Assembly (NCBI GenBank): GCA_963770565.1
Contig: CAVYQE010000001.1
Span: 384,001 to 448,000 of the forward strand
Direction: 5' to 3'
Length of the DNA stretch: 64,000 bases
Source of the DNA: an uncultured Actinomycetota bacterium
GTDB taxonomy: Bacteria; Actinomycetota; Actinomycetes; JAFAQI01
Shown here: positions 1 to 10,120 of the stretch, one piece after another
Numbering within the stretch: the first letter of the stretch is position 1
Layout: every line of letters starts with the position of its first letter
Program-made: the position numbers and the translations under genes
The notes under the pieces: generated by a model
Databases searched by the model: none
The model's input: the letters and a program-made list of their open reading frames with translations, nothing else
Told to the model about the DNA's origin: nothing

Positions 1-651
1 TTTCAGGACGGGCATGCTTATGTGAGCGAGACGGGGGATTTTCGCGTCCCGATCGTGTTCGACAATCTGATCGCCAAGAAGGAGATGCCGGTGACGATCG
101 GCATTTTCATCAATCCGGGCAGCAAAGTCGGAGAAGCCGCCGAAGAATCCCTGGAACGCCGACAACCGCAGCTTCGAATACGACACGCTCGACGGTCGCT
201 ATGCCCGGTTCCTGCTCGAAGAGATGCTGCCCGAGGTCGGGAAAGAGTACAAGCTGACCGACAGACGCGGCGGAGCGGGCGATTTGCGGGATCAGCTCGG
301 GGGGAATTTGCGCCTTCACGGTGGCCTGGCAGCGGCCGGATGCCTTCGGCAAAGTGCTCAGCCACGTGGGGAGCTTCACGAATATCCGCGGAGGGTACGT
401 CTATCCGTCGCTGATTCGCGAGACGCGGCCGGTCAAGCCGATTCGCGTGTTTCTGCAAGACGGGGCGAACGATTTGGACAATCGAGTTCGGCAATTGGCC
501 GCTGGCGAACCAACAGATGGCCGCGGCGTTGAAGTTCGCGAAATACGATTATCGCTTCGTATTCGGCACGGAAGGGCACAACGGCAAACAAGGGGGCGCG
601 ATTCTGCCCGATTCGCTCCGCTGGCTATGGCGCGATGAAAAGAGGCCGTGA
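1..651 (+). CDS. Enterochelin-esterase-like alpha/beta hydrolase (5'-partial, frameshifted in this consensus)
   Basis: Stitched frames give [48 protein letters not shown](nucleophile)..[45 protein letters not shown]; ORFs 22-414 and 321-638 are pieces. Confidence 0.8.
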
Positions 652-655
652 GACA

Positions 656-944
656 GTAGTCATCACGCTCCACCGTGATGACATGCCTCACGACGGAGCG
701 TGAGGAGTGCATTGACATGCCTCAGTAGTCATCACGCTCCGCCGTGATGACGTTCCTCACGACGGAGCGTGAGGAGTACACTTTCGTGGTCATCACGCTC
801 CGCCGTGATGACATCCCTCACGGCGGAGCGTGAGGAGTACATTGACATGCCTCAGTGGTCATCACGCTCCGCCGTGATGACGTTCCTCACGGCGGAGCGT
901 GAGGAGTACATTGACATCCCTCACGACGGAGCGTGAGGAGTACA
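656..944. repeat. Cluster of ~4.5 REP-like palindromic doublets (GT(A/G)GTCATCACGCTCCGCCGTGATGAC ... CCTCACG(A/G)CGGAGCGTGAGGAGTACA)
   Basis: Directly visible near-identical units starting ~656, 725, 787, 856 plus a half unit ~918; GTAG-type end followed by hairpin, as in REP/BIME elements. Confidence 0.85.
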
Positions 945-1059
945 TTGTGTTTTGCCTCAGTCGAATCTGGAAGACGGCTCCGCTTGGGTTGGAATAAATC
1001 CAGAAGGAGCGAGTGTGCCGCAGGCAAACGCGGTCTGCCGTTGCCGGACGCACTCCCCT

Positions 1060-1110
1060 TTGGAGTGTACGCTCTAGCGAGTGGGCGGCACGCTAAAGCA
1101 TGCACTCCAA
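1060..1110. repeat. REP-like inverted repeat TTGGAGTGTACGCTCTAGCG / CGCTAAAGCATGCACTCCAA
   Basis: 20-bp imperfect inverted repeat (17/20) between convergent genes. Confidence 0.65.
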
Positions 1111-1128
1111 TGGCACGCGTCGTGCCTC

Positions 1129-1356
1129 TCAGGCCCATTCGCGGCCGGTCGCTTTGCGGATGCGATGATCGAAGTCGCCCAATAGGCCGCCGATCACGTC
1201 CCAGCGGTCGCGGCGGCGGACTTCGATATCCCCTTGCAGATTGATCCGCACCAGGCAGCGCTCGGTCAAACCGGCCGCCTTGAGCTGCTCGGGCGTCACT
1301 TCGTCCGGGCCGAGGATCGTCATCAACTCGCCGCCGGATAATTCGATGAACTTCAT
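1129..1356 (-). CDS. Small hypothetical protein (75 aa), Planctomycete-type
   Basis: Natural-looking composition, VRINLQGDIEVRRRDRWDVIGGLLGDF; GGAG RBS upstream. Confidence 0.7.
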   Translation of the reverse strand: MKFIELSGGELMTILGPDEVTPEQLKAAGLTERCLVRINLQGDIEVRRRDRWDVIGGLLGDFDHRIRKATGREWA

Positions 1357-1594
1357 GGCTCGTTGCTCCCTGCTCCTGATAGTGTCCGATGTCCGTTGTC
1401 AGTGGTCCGTTGTCGATGGCCGGGTCTGCGACGCGAAGGGAAGTTGCGGCGGCCGGCCGAGGTTTACGTTAATCGGCGGCGCGGCGGCGGACAAGGGCCG
1501 CGCCAGGCCGAATTCCCGCACCGGCAAACTGCGCAAGGCCGCGCGACTCGGGGCCGCGCGAGAATCATGGCCGCGCGACTCGGGGCCGCGCGAA

Positions 1595-2506
1595 TCAGGC
1601 CCGCCGCGATTCCCCAGCCAATCGCTCCTGGACGGCAACGGCCAATCGAAGCACTGTGGCCACATCCAACTCTTCCGCCCGCGTCGCGGCCGGAATGCCC
1701 TGCCCGACGAGAATGGCATCGACGTCGGATTTGTCGAGTTGCCCCTTGAACACGCTCGGCAGCACGCTTCGCAGGAATTTGCGGCGATGGCGAAACAGCC
1801 CCCGCGCGAAGAGATGAAAAAACGCGCGATCGGCGATCCGCCCGCGCCGCTCGGGATCCAGGCGAATCTGCAACATCGCCGACGTGACTTTCGGCCGGGG
1901 CCAAAACGCTTCCGGCGGAATCAGCCGCAACAGTTCCACCGCGCATTGGCTCTGCACCCAGATGCTCAGCGATCCGTAGTCCTTCGTCGCCGGAACCGCG
2001 ACGACCCGCTCCGCGAGTTCCCGCTGGATCGTCACGGTCATCGACTCCGGCGGGCGATCGAGATCGAGCAAATTGGAGATCACCGGCGTGGCGACGCTGT
2101 ACGGCAGATTGGCGACGAGCTTGAATCGCCGCTCCGGCCGCTCGGCCAGCTTGACCGCGACGGTCTCCAACACGCCTGGATCGAGCGCATTCTTGTGCTT
2201 GAGCGCGTCTTGCTGGAGCAGCGTCACATTGTCGAAGTCGATCAACTCCTCGGAGGCGATCTGATGCAGCCGACGATCGATTTCCACCGTGACGACCGCG
2301 GCCGCCCGCGGAGCGATCAGCTCGGTCAGGCCGCCGGTCCCCGTGCCGACTTCCAAGATCACGTCGTCGGGGCCGACCGCGGCGGCCTCGGCCAAGAGCC
2401 CCAAAAGATTGAGATCGGTGAGGAAATTCTGCCCATGGCGCGATTGCAGCGTCATGCCGACCTCGGCAAACCGCTGCTTGAGATAGGAAACCGTTTGTCG
2501 TCGCAT
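1595..2506 (-). CDS. rsmA: 16S rRNA (adenine-1518/1519)-dimethyltransferase
   Basis: HGQNFL, EVGTGTGGLT SAM motif, VEIDRRL, VANLPY, FWPRPKVTSA, RRKFLR. Confidence 0.95.
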   Translation of the reverse strand: MRRQTVSYLKQRFAEVGMTLQSRHGQNFLTDLNLLGLLAEAAAVGPDDVILEVGTGTGGLTELIAPRAAAVVTVEIDRRLHQIASEELIDFDNVTLLQQDALKHKNALDPGVLETVAVKLAERPERRFKLVANLPYSVATPVISNLLDLDRPPESMTVTIQRELAERVVAVPATKDYGSLSIWVQSQCAVELLRLIPPEAFWPRPKVTSAMLQIRLDPERRGRIADRAFFHLFARGLFRHRRKFLRSVLPSVFKGQLDKSDVDAILVGQGIPAATRAEELDVATVLRLAVAVQERLAGESRRA

Positions 2507-2600
2507 GGGAGCGGGGAGCAGGGAGCGGGGAGCGGGGAGCGGGCGAGCAGGGAGCAGGGAGCAGGGAGCAGGAAGCAGGAAGCAGGAAGCAGGAAGCAGG
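2507..2600. repeat. Heptamer tandem repeat (GGGAGCA/GGGAGCG/GGAAGCA)n
   Basis: About 12 visible degenerate 7-mers in the ribE-rsmA intergenic region; related tract at ~10,190-10,270. Confidence 0.8.
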
Positions 2601-2609
2601 CGAGCAGGG

Positions 2610-3209
2610 TCAGATTGTGCCGCGAGCGGCGAGTTGCCGCGCGACGTATTTCGCGATCGGATCGGTCTCCAAATTCACCGTGCCGCCGACCGGCAAGCGG
2701 CCCAATGTCGTGACGGCGAGCGTATGCGGAATCAGGGCCACGCTGAACCGCGTGGAATCGGCGTCCACCACCGTCAGGCTCACGCCGTCCACCGCGATCG
2801 ATCCTTTGGAGGCGATCTGGCGCATGAGTTCGACGGTCGTCTCGAACCGCAACGTGGACCATGGGCCATTGTCGCGGCGTTCGACGAGCGTGGCGAGACC
2901 GTCGATATGTCCCGTGACCAGATGCCCGCCGATGCGATCTCCGAGGAGCAAGGACCGTTCGAGATTGACGAAGCTGCCCGGCGCGAGGCGGCCGAGATTC
3001 GTGCGGCGGAGCGTTTCTTCGCCGGCCTGAAAGCCGAGCGTCTCGCCTGCGATCTGCACCACGGTCAAGCAGCAGCCGTTCAGGGCGATGCTCCGGCCGA
3101 TCGCCGCGTCCGTGGCCGCGGCGCCGGCCGCGACCGACAGCCGCACGCCGGGCGGCTCGGGGTCGATGGCGACAACGCGCGCAAGGCTTTCGATGAGGCC
3201 GGTGAACAT
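2610..3209 (-). CDS. ribE: Riboflavin synthase (alpha chain)
   Basis: Diagnostic N-terminus MFTGLIE, SIALNGCCLTV, VNLERSL, GGHLVTGHIDG, KGSIAVDGVSLTV, VNLETD. Confidence 0.95.
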   Translation of the reverse strand: MFTGLIESLARVVAIDPEPPGVRLSVAAGAAATDAAIGRSIALNGCCLTVVQIAGETLGFQAGEETLRRTNLGRLAPGSFVNLERSLLLGDRIGGHLVTGHIDGLATLVERRDNGPWSTLRFETTVELMRQIASKGSIAVDGVSLTVVDADSTRFSVALIPHTLAVTTLGRLPVGGTVNLETDPIAKYVARQLAARGTI

Positions 3210-3320
3210 GGTCGGTTGGCGGGAGATCGGCGGTTGCAAAATCGGCGGTTGCGAAGAATCGATCGAGGCGACCGGCGCCGCTGGCCGCCGCGGACAAGGC
3301 ATGCGCGACGCCGGCTGCGG

Positions 3321-4226
3321 TCAAAACATCGGCTCGCTCTCGGCGTTGCGCTGCTGCAAGCGCAGCCAGATGAATTTGACCGGCGGCCCGAGCACGAAGC
3401 CGGTGCATAGGATCGGAATCGAATAGGCGCGGATCGCCATGATCGCCACCAAGGCGAACACCACCCCCACGATATGGCTGAAGCTCCGCTGCCCACGAAA
3501 CATCTGATTCACGATATGGGGGTAGGGAATCCGCGAGACCATCAGGGCCGAGACGGCCAGCGCGAGGATGCAGACCCAAATTTCCATGATCGAATCGATC
3601 TGATGGATGCTGGCCAGCGGGCTCGAATCCTGCCGCAGCGAATAGAACAGGATCGCGAACCCGGCGATCGAGCCGGCCGCCGCCGGGCTGGGGAGCCCGC
3701 TGAAGAACAAGTGCGAGTCGTTCTCGGATGTTTCGACGTTGAAGCGGGCCAGCCGCAAGGCCGCGCAAATCGGCACGGCCGTGGCGATGATCCACACCGC
3801 TTCGCGAAAATGATAGGTCAGCGAAGGGCACATCGCCACCAGCAGAAACCCCGGCGCCACGCCGAACGAGACCACATCGCAGAGGCTGTCCAACTCGGCG
3901 CCGAATTCGGTCGAGGTGCGAGCGAGTCGGGCGACGTGTCCGTCGAGCGCGTCGAAGATCATGGCCAGGAAGATCAACCAGCCGCTGAGCATCGCATTCT
4001 GCGTGGGATCGCTGGCGTCCAAGCCGCCCAAGCCGATCGGCCCCTGAAACGAAATCTGGGCGGCCGTCGGCGGCTCGGGGCTGAGCGGACGATCGACGCG
4101 CGAGGAGACGACGATGCTGAAAAACCCGCACACGAGGTTTCCCAGCGTGAACAGGGTGGGCAAAACGGCGATCGTGCGGATTTTTTTCATGCGTTCGAAA
4201 TACTGTCGCGTTTCCGTAGCGGTCAT
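3321..4226 (-). CDS. pssA: CDP-diacylglycerol--serine O-phosphatidyltransferase (start may be 4190)
   Basis: LPTLFTLGN, DALDGHVAR, FGAELDSLCDVVSFGVAP, LRLARFN, FSGLPSPAAA; adjacent to psd. Confidence 0.92.
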   Translation of the reverse strand: MTATETRQYFERMKKIRTIAVLPTLFTLGNLVCGFFSIVVSSRVDRPLSPEPPTAAQISFQGPIGLGGLDASDPTQNAMLSGWLIFLAMIFDALDGHVARLARTSTEFGAELDSLCDVVSFGVAPGFLLVAMCPSLTYHFREAVWIIATAVPICAALRLARFNVETSENDSHLFFSGLPSPAAAGSIAGFAILFYSLRQDSSPLASIHQIDSIMEIWVCILALAVSALMVSRIPYPHIVNQMFRGQRSFSHIVGVVFALVAIMAIRAYSIPILCTGFVLGPPVKFIWLRLQQRNAESEPMF

Positions 4227-4314
4227 GCCCCGCAGGAAGGCGGCTCTCCCGAGCCGCGCAGTGATTGACGGCTCGGGAGAGCCGTCTTACGGGTTTGCGC
4301 CCCGGCCTCCGCAC

Positions 4315-5298
4315 TCAGGCATACCGCGCCACGATGTCGCGTCCCCCTTGGATATGTTGACCGACTTCGACCAGCACTTCCAGCCCTGCGGCCGGGAGGA
4401 TCAACTCGGTGCGCGAGCCGAGCTTGATCATGCCGATCTTTTCGCCGCGAGCAACCGTTTGCCCCGGCCGCAAGTCGCAGACGATCCGCCGCGCCACCTG
4501 CCCGGCCACTTGGCGCAGCGCCAGCTTGCGATGCGGCGCGGCCTCTTCCTCCAGGCCGATCCACATGAATTCGTTATGGATCGCACACTCGGGATTGAGG
4601 GCGCTGAGGAAGCGGCCCGGCGAGTATTTCAGCCGAATCACCCGCGCCGCGCACGGGGCGCGGTTGATATGCACATTGAAGATCGAGAGGAAAATGGCGA
4701 TCCGCACGGCCGGCCCGCCGACGAATTCGTCCTGTTCGAGCGGCGTCACCTCGACCACCTTGCCGTCGGCCGGGGCGACAATCGCCCCGACTTCTTGAGG
4801 CACGATCCGCGCCGGATCGCGAAAGAAATACACCACGAGAAACAGCGGAATCGCCGTCAGCGGCGCCAAATACCAGGCCGTCGCCAACAGTGCGATCGTC
4901 GCCGCCAACAGCGGCCAGCCCATGATCTGCAGTTCGGCCAATCCCCAGCGGGCAAACGGAATCCGCTCGCGCCAGGCAAACGGATCATCGAGCGGATCCC
5001 AATGGCAATCGGTCTGGTTGCGCAGGTATTTCAAATCGCGGGGGTCGAGAATCTCATGGGGGCAGCCGGCCGGATCGCCGCGGCGCGAGGCCCGCATCTG
5101 GCGGACAAAGCCGCGATTGAACGTCTTGAGCAACCACCGCCGCCCGCGCCCCCAGGCCAACTCGATGCGGTAGCAGACACCCCCGCCCGGCTGCGTGCTC
5201 TTGATTTCCGGAGGCAGCGGTTCCGGCTCGGCGCACGCCGGCTCGGCATGCAGGGGCGCCGAGGCAGCAGCGGACGTTTCAGCCGGACTCATCGACAT
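4315..5298 (-). CDS. psd: Phosphatidylserine decarboxylase proenzyme
   Basis: YFFRDP, APADGKV, IFLSIFNVHINRAP, QVAGQVARRI, GMIKLGSRTEL (GS self-cleavage motif). Confidence 0.93.
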   Translation of the reverse strand: MSMSPAETSAAASAPLHAEPACAEPEPLPPEIKSTQPGGGVCYRIELAWGRGRRWLLKTFNRGFVRQMRASRRGDPAGCPHEILDPRDLKYLRNQTDCHWDPLDDPFAWRERIPFARWGLAELQIMGWPLLAATIALLATAWYLAPLTAIPLFLVVYFFRDPARIVPQEVGAIVAPADGKVVEVTPLEQDEFVGGPAVRIAIFLSIFNVHINRAPCAARVIRLKYSPGRFLSALNPECAIHNEFMWIGLEEEAAPHRKLALRQVAGQVARRIVCDLRPGQTVARGEKIGMIKLGSRTELILPAAGLEVLVEVGQHIQGGRDIVARYA

Positions 5299-5451
5299 CG
5301 CGATTTTCCCTCGGGGCGGCGGGGCCGCACGAATTCGGCATGGCCGGAACTCCAAATCCTACTTCTCCCGAGCGGCGGCCGGTAGCCCAGACCGACGTTG
5401 GGTGGGAGAATGAGTACAAGTCGCGGTTCGCGCACGACGGAGCAGCTCGCC

Positions 5452-5584
5452 GCGAAAGGGGTCGGGAGTCGATTTCGCCCACCTTACGACCCGTAGTGCC
5501 AACCGGCATCATGGCGAAATCGACTCCCGACCCCCTTTGGCAACGCCCGCCGGAAGATATGCCGGTTTTCGGACAGTCTCCTAG
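5452..5584. repeat. Palindromic intergenic element, partial copy (MITE/REP-like)
   Basis: AAAGGGGTCGGGAGTCGATTTCGCC...GGCGAAATCGACTCCCGACCCCCTTT hairpin plus ...GGACAGTCTCCTAG end; second copy at 8162-8341. Confidence 0.8.
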
Positions 5585-5601
5585 TGTTGCCGCGCGGCGG
5601 C

Positions 5602-6576
5602 TCAGGGTAAATAGATGTCGAGCACCACGGCGTGCGGAGGTTGGGGCGCGAGCTTGATCTGGCCGGCCGCAGCGGGAACGAGAATTGTTTCTCCCAGACG
5701 CAGCGGCCGCTCGGCCGGATCCCCCTCGACCTCGACCGCTCCCTCGATTACGGAGAAAATGTGGAAGCGGTCGTCCCCCGCCACTTCGCGAGGCAAGGCG
5801 ATCTGCCAGCGATCGAGCACGAATTTGTCGCAAGCAGTCAGCCGCATCACCTGCGGCCGCTCCGTCGCCACCGGCTGCGAAGGCCCCACGGGCCCTTGGT
5901 CGTAGTCGATCGCCTCGAGCACCGCGTCGATATGCAAAGTCCGCGGCCGGTCATCCGGCCCCAGCCGATCCCAATCGAACAGCCGATAGGTCGTGTCGCT
6001 CGATTGCTGAATTTCGGCGATGAGCAAGCCGGCTCCCAACGCATGCACGGTGCCCGAGGGCAACAGAATGCAATCCCCCGCCCGCGGCTCGAACCGATGC
6101 AGGCAGAGTTCGCAGGTGCCGCGGGCGACTTCGCGGGCCAGCGCCGCGCGATCGAAGCCGCGCTTCAAGCCGGCATAGATCTTGCTTCCCGGTTCGGCGG
6201 CCAGCACGACCCAAGCTTCGGTCTTGCCGGAGCCGGGGGGCGTGAGTTCGGCGGCGCGCGCATCGTTGGGATGCACTTGCACCGACAGCGCCGCCTGGGC
6301 ATCGAGAAACTTGAAGAGCAGCGGAAAGGTCGCTTGGCGCGGATGCCGGCCGAAAAGTTCCGCACCGTGCCCGACGACGATCTCGTGGAGCGTCTGTCCG
6401 GCCAGCGGCCCTGCGGCCACGCGGCTCCGATCCGCTCCATGATCGACGATCTCCCAACTTTCCGCATAATCGGCTTCCGGGCCGATCGGCTTGCCCAATA
6501 CGGTTCCCAGCCGCCGGCCTCCCCACAGATAGCGGCGCCAAATCGGCTCGAAACGCAGGGGATACAGCGCGGGCAT
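5602..6576 (-). CDS. manA: Type I mannose-6-phosphate isomerase
   Basis: YLWGGRRL, AESWEI, FPLLFKFLDA, LSVQVHP, GKTEAW, GTVHALGAG, EIQQSSDTTYRLFDWDR. Confidence 0.93.
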   Translation of the reverse strand: MPALYPLRFEPIWRRYLWGGRRLGTVLGKPIGPEADYAESWEIVDHGADRSRVAAGPLAGQTLHEIVVGHGAELFGRHPRQATFPLLFKFLDAQAALSVQVHPNDARAAELTPPGSGKTEAWVVLAAEPGSKIYAGLKRGFDRAALAREVARGTCELCLHRFEPRAGDCILLPSGTVHALGAGLLIAEIQQSSDTTYRLFDWDRLGPDDRPRTLHIDAVLEAIDYDQGPVGPSQPVATERPQVMRLTACDKFVLDRWQIALPREVAGDDRFHIFSVIEGAVEVEGDPAERPLRLGETILVPAAAGQIKLAPQPPHAVVLDIYLP

Positions 6577-6584
6577 GGCCAACC

Positions 6585-7889
6585 TCACTCGCCGCCGATT
6601 TTCACGCTGAGCGATCCGGAAGCGGCATCCAATTCGCCGCAGGAAACATTCGAGCGCAGATAGAGGGTGCCGGACTGCTTCGGCCGAATCGTCGCGCCCA
6701 GCCCGATCGTCAGCGGCGAGGTCAAGGGGCTGTCCGGGTTGTATTGGCCGTCCGGCCGTACCGCGGCGAGCAAGATGCCCAGCGGCTTGCCGTGCCAATA
6801 GCGAATGGAGACGCCTCCCGGCTCGCACCACCAGATGCGCGGCTTCTTGGCCACCTGATAGCGTCCGCTGGCCGTCAAACGATAGGTCTTGCCCGCCGTC
6901 AATTCCACGCCGCTATTCTGCCAACCGCGGTCGATGGCGACCGTCACCGTCGCGCCGGCGGCGGGCAGCGGGCGGCCGGGCGTGAAGTCGATCGCCGTGC
7001 GGCGAAAATCGTAGCCATAGGTCAAATCGCTCGCGAACACCTGAAATTCCTCGGCCAATTCGGCGCCGTCGCGGGCGAATTTCTTGGCGAAGTTTCGATT
7101 GAAATTCGGCGCTGCGGCCAGCCGCCAAACTTCGTGGAACCGGTCGCGATAGCGCGGATGATGATCGAGAAAGGCAACCGCCGCCCAACTCCAGGCATAG
7201 GGATCGACCTTCAAATGGGCATGGGTGTCGTAGGCCAGGATATCGGCCAGCGAATGAACGCGATGATGGGCCTCGTCGTCCTGAATGATCTCGATCCGCC
7301 CCAGCTTCGGCACCTCCGACGCCTTGGCGGGAAAATAGTCGAGCGTGAGCTTGCCGTCGTGCCAGCGATGAGTTCCCAACAGCTCGGCCATCCCTTCGCT
7401 ATACCAGGGCGGGCCCCAACCTCCCAGCACCGTGAGCATGAAGCCGTGCGTCCCTTCATGCAGCAGCAAATGCCGGCGAAAGTAGTCGCTCAAGGGCACG
7501 GCTTGGCCATGATCGATCGCTCGGTTGTAGAGCCAAGATTCGTCCCCCTGCGTGTAACCGAACAAGAACGGCGGCAAATCGGCGGGGAACAACCCGCTCG
7601 CTTGAAAACGGCGCGTGTCTTGCATGAGATAGGCGGTGTGATGCCAATCGGCATGCGTCTGTTCATCGATGCCGAAATAGGCGCACCACTGCGTAAACGC
7701 CTGATCGAAGACCTCCGGCAATTCATCGATAGTCGGACGCGACGGGACGTCGGTGTAGAGCGTGAGCCGTTTGCTGTTGAGCGTCCGGATTCCCGCGGCC
7801 CGCACCCGCGCCGCGTCGATCTGCCGGGCTTGCGCGGCCGACGGAGCCAACAGACCGGCGGCGAACATCAGCAGGCTGGCCACGAGCAT
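6585..7889 (-). CDS. Secreted protein with zincin HExxH motif (DUF1570-like) and C-terminal beta-rich, possibly lectin-like, domain
   Basis: Signal peptide-like N-terminus; LLLHEGTH...PPWYSEGMAE; YAWSWAAVAFL; C-terminal GWQNSGVEL..GKTYRLTASG. Confidence 0.65.
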   Translation of the reverse strand: MLVASLLMFAAGLLAPSAAQARQIDAARVRAAGIRTLNSKRLTLYTDVPSRPTIDELPEVFDQAFTQWCAYFGIDEQTHADWHHTAYLMQDTRRFQASGLFPADLPPFLFGYTQGDESWLYNRAIDHGQAVPLSDYFRRHLLLHEGTHGFMLTVLGGWGPPWYSEGMAELLGTHRWHDGKLTLDYFPAKASEVPKLGRIEIIQDDEAHHRVHSLADILAYDTHAHLKVDPYAWSWAAVAFLDHHPRYRDRFHEVWRLAAAPNFNRNFAKKFARDGAELAEEFQVFASDLTYGYDFRRTAIDFTPGRPLPAAGATVTVAIDRGWQNSGVELTAGKTYRLTASGRYQVAKKPRIWWCEPGGVSIRYWHGKPLGILLAAVRPDGQYNPDSPLTSPLTIGLGATIRPKQSGTLYLRSNVSCGELDAASGSLSVKIGGE

Positions 7890-8072
7890 TCCGCGCCGGA
7901 CTACCGCGGCCTGGCCGAGCAGGGTCGATCATCGGGAATGCTTTCGGCAATGCTTCTCTCCTCGCGACCCGTGCCGCTCTCCCCATGATGCGCGTGCATC
8001 ACGAATCCGTCGATACTCTCGGTTCCATCCTCCTCATTCTAATCTCCACCATCGATCTCCCCAAGTGGCCAC

Positions 8073-8165
8073 ACTAGCCCGAAGCGCTAGCGAGGGAGTC
8101 GGAACGAAGCGCTAGCGAGGGAGTCGGAACGAAGCGCTAGCGACGGAGTCGGAACGAAGCGCTAG
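8073..8165. repeat. 25-bp tandem repeat GAAGCGCTAGCGAGGGAGTCGGAAC x~3.4, seeded on an ACTAGCCCGAAGCGCTAGCGAGG REP-like motif
   Basis: Units start at 8081, 8106, 8131 and 8156 (partial). Confidence 0.85.
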
Positions 8166-8341
8166 GAGACTGTCCGAGAACGGGCATAGCTTCCGGCGGG
8201 CGTTGCGAAAAGGGGGTCGGGAGTCGATTTCGCCCGCTGAACGACCCGTAGTGCCGACCTGCATCATGGCGAAATCGACTCCCGACCCCTTTTCGCTGCG
8301 AGCATCCCCTCGCCGCAGCCCGTTCTTGGACAGGCTCCTAG
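8162..8341. mobile_element. Putative MITE (~180 bp) with CTAG ends and a nested hairpin
   Basis: Terminal inverted repeats CTAGGAGACTGTCCGAGAACGGGC / GCCCGTTCTTGGACAGGCTCCTAG; internal ~25-bp inverted repeat shared with 5452-5584. Confidence 0.65.
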
Positions 8342-9260
8342 TGTGGCGCGGCGGGATAGTGTGGCGGGCGGTCCGCGCACGAGCCTTCTCCGCCGAGAAT
8401 GCCCAACAGTATTCGCCGCACTTTCGCTTCCGACCTGGCGGCGGCGGCGATGACTTCCGCGCCGGTCGTTTTGTTCGGGGCGTCGGGCAGGCCGATGTTG
8501 GTGATTGTGGATAGGGCCAGGATGCGCAGGCCGAGCCGCGCGGCGGCGAGCACCTCCGGCACGGTCGACATCCCCACGGCGTCTCCGCCGATCCGCCGCA
8601 GGAAGCGATATTCGGCGCGGGTTTCGTAATTCGGCCCCGTCACGCCGATGTACACGCCTTGATGAGCGGCGAAATTCGCGCGGCGGGCGATCGCTGCGGC
8701 CCGATCGACGAGATCCCGATCGTAAGCGGTCGGGCGGAATGCGTCGGCCGCGCGATCGGCGGATTGCCGCGGTTCGGCGCCGCCGGCCGCGCCCGCTGCC
8801 GCCCAGGGCGGCCCGCGGCTCGGCTCGAGGCGGGGCAGCAAGTTGATGTGATCCGTAATCAGCAGAATGTCGCCCGGCGCGAGCGCGGATCGAGCCCCCC
8901 GGCCGCATTGGTGACGATCAGGGTCTCGATGCCCAGTGCCCCCATCACGCGGGTGGGAAACGTAATTTCCTCGAGCGAATAACCTTCGTAGGCATGTAGC
9001 CGGCCATCCATGACGACAACCGCTTGTCCCGCCGCGCGGCCGCAGACCAATCGTCCCCGATGCCCTAGCGCCGTGGCCCGGCGGAAATGGGGGATCGCCT
9101 CATAGGGCAAAATCGCCTCGGCCGCGATCTCATCGACGAAAGGCCCGAGTCCGGTGCCGAGGATGATCCCGGCTTGCGGCCGGCAATTCCAGCGGTCGCG
9201 AATCCAGTTCGCGGCTTGGGCAATTTGTGACGCCGGATCGAGCGAATTCTGGCATGGCAT
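8338..9260 (-). CDS. punA: Purine-nucleoside phosphorylase (frameshift near 8,870)
   Basis: GIILGTGLG, GHRGRLVCG, GRLHAYEGY, LIVTNAAGGL, then GPNYETRAEYRFLRRIGGDAVGMSTVPE, LSTITN in a second frame. Confidence 0.88.
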
Positions 9261-9316
9261 GGCGGACCGATCATACCCGAGCACCGAGAAAAGTGGTATT
9301 CTTTGACGCACACACT

Positions 9317-10120
9317 ATGCTCACAATCTCCACGATCGCCGAATTTCTGGAAAACTTCGCCCCGGCCCGCTTGGCCGAGTCGTGGGATAACGTCGGATTG
9401 TTGGTGGGCGACGCTCGGCGGCCGATCGAGCGGCTGATGACCTGCCTGACTCTCACGACCCACAGTGTCGCCGAAGCGGTCGCCGAACGGGTCGATCTCG
9501 TTGTCACGCATCACCCGCTCCCCTTTCGGCCGCTCAAGCGGCTGACGACCGACTCGGTCGAGGGACGGTTGCTGCTTGAATTGATCGAGGCCCGCGTCGC
9601 CGTTTATAGCCCGCATACCGGCTTCGATTCGACCGGCGGCGGGATCAACGAGCGGTTGGCCGCCGGGCTGGGTTTGAAGGCGCTGGCGCCGCTGGTGGCC
9701 GACGCGGCCGATCCGGCGATCGGCACGGGCCGCTGGGGCCAACTCTCCCCGCCGCTGCCGCTGGCGGAGTTGGCGTTGAAGGCCGCCCGGTTCCTGGCGA
9801 TCGAAACGGTCCAATTCGTCGGGCGGCCCGATTGCCCCGTCGGCCGCGTCGCTGTCGGTTGCGGCAGCGCGGGAGAATTGCTCGCCGCGGCGCAAAATCT
9901 GCACTGCGATGCCTTCGTCACCGGCGAGGCCCGGTTTCATGCCTGTCTCGAAGCCGAAGCGACCGGCATCGGGCTGGTGTTGGCGGGTCATTATGCCAGC
10001 GAGCGGTTTGCCATCGAGCAGTTGGCGGAATTGCTGGCAACGGAGTTCACCGGGATCAGCGTGTGGGCCAGTCGCCAAGAACGGGATCCACTCGGCTGGC
10101 TCCAAACGAACTGTCTCTGA
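9317..10120 (+). CDS. Nif3-like dinuclear metal centre protein (YbgI family)
   Basis: APARLAESWDNVGLLVG, LVVTHHPLPF, VYSPHTGFD, VAVGCGSAG, FVTGE, AGHYASE. Confidence 0.92.
   Translation: MLTISTIAEFLENFAPARLAESWDNVGLLVGDARRPIERLMTCLTLTTHSVAEAVAERVDLVVTHHPLPFRPLKRLTTDSVEGRLLLELIEARVAVYSPHTGFDSTGGGINERLAAGLGLKALAPLVADAADPAIGTGRWGQLSPPLPLAELALKAARFLAIETVQFVGRPDCPVGRVAVGCGSAGELLAAAQNLHCDAFVTGEARFHACLEAEATGIGLVLAGHYASERFAIEQLAELLATEFTGISVWASRQERDPLGWLQTNCL

Noticed and set aside
656-944. Possible CRISPR array
   Set aside because: Units are paired inverted hairpins separated by only a few, partly repeated bases rather than unique 30-40 bp spacers, and there are no cas genes; it fits REP/BIME.
8073-8165. 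Possible mini-CRISPR
   Set aside because: The 25-bp units are head-to-tail with no spacers.
8859-8900. Programmed frameshifting in PNP and other left-side genes
   Set aside because: No slippery-site pattern was seen, and indels are scattered over many unrelated genes, pointing to consensus error.
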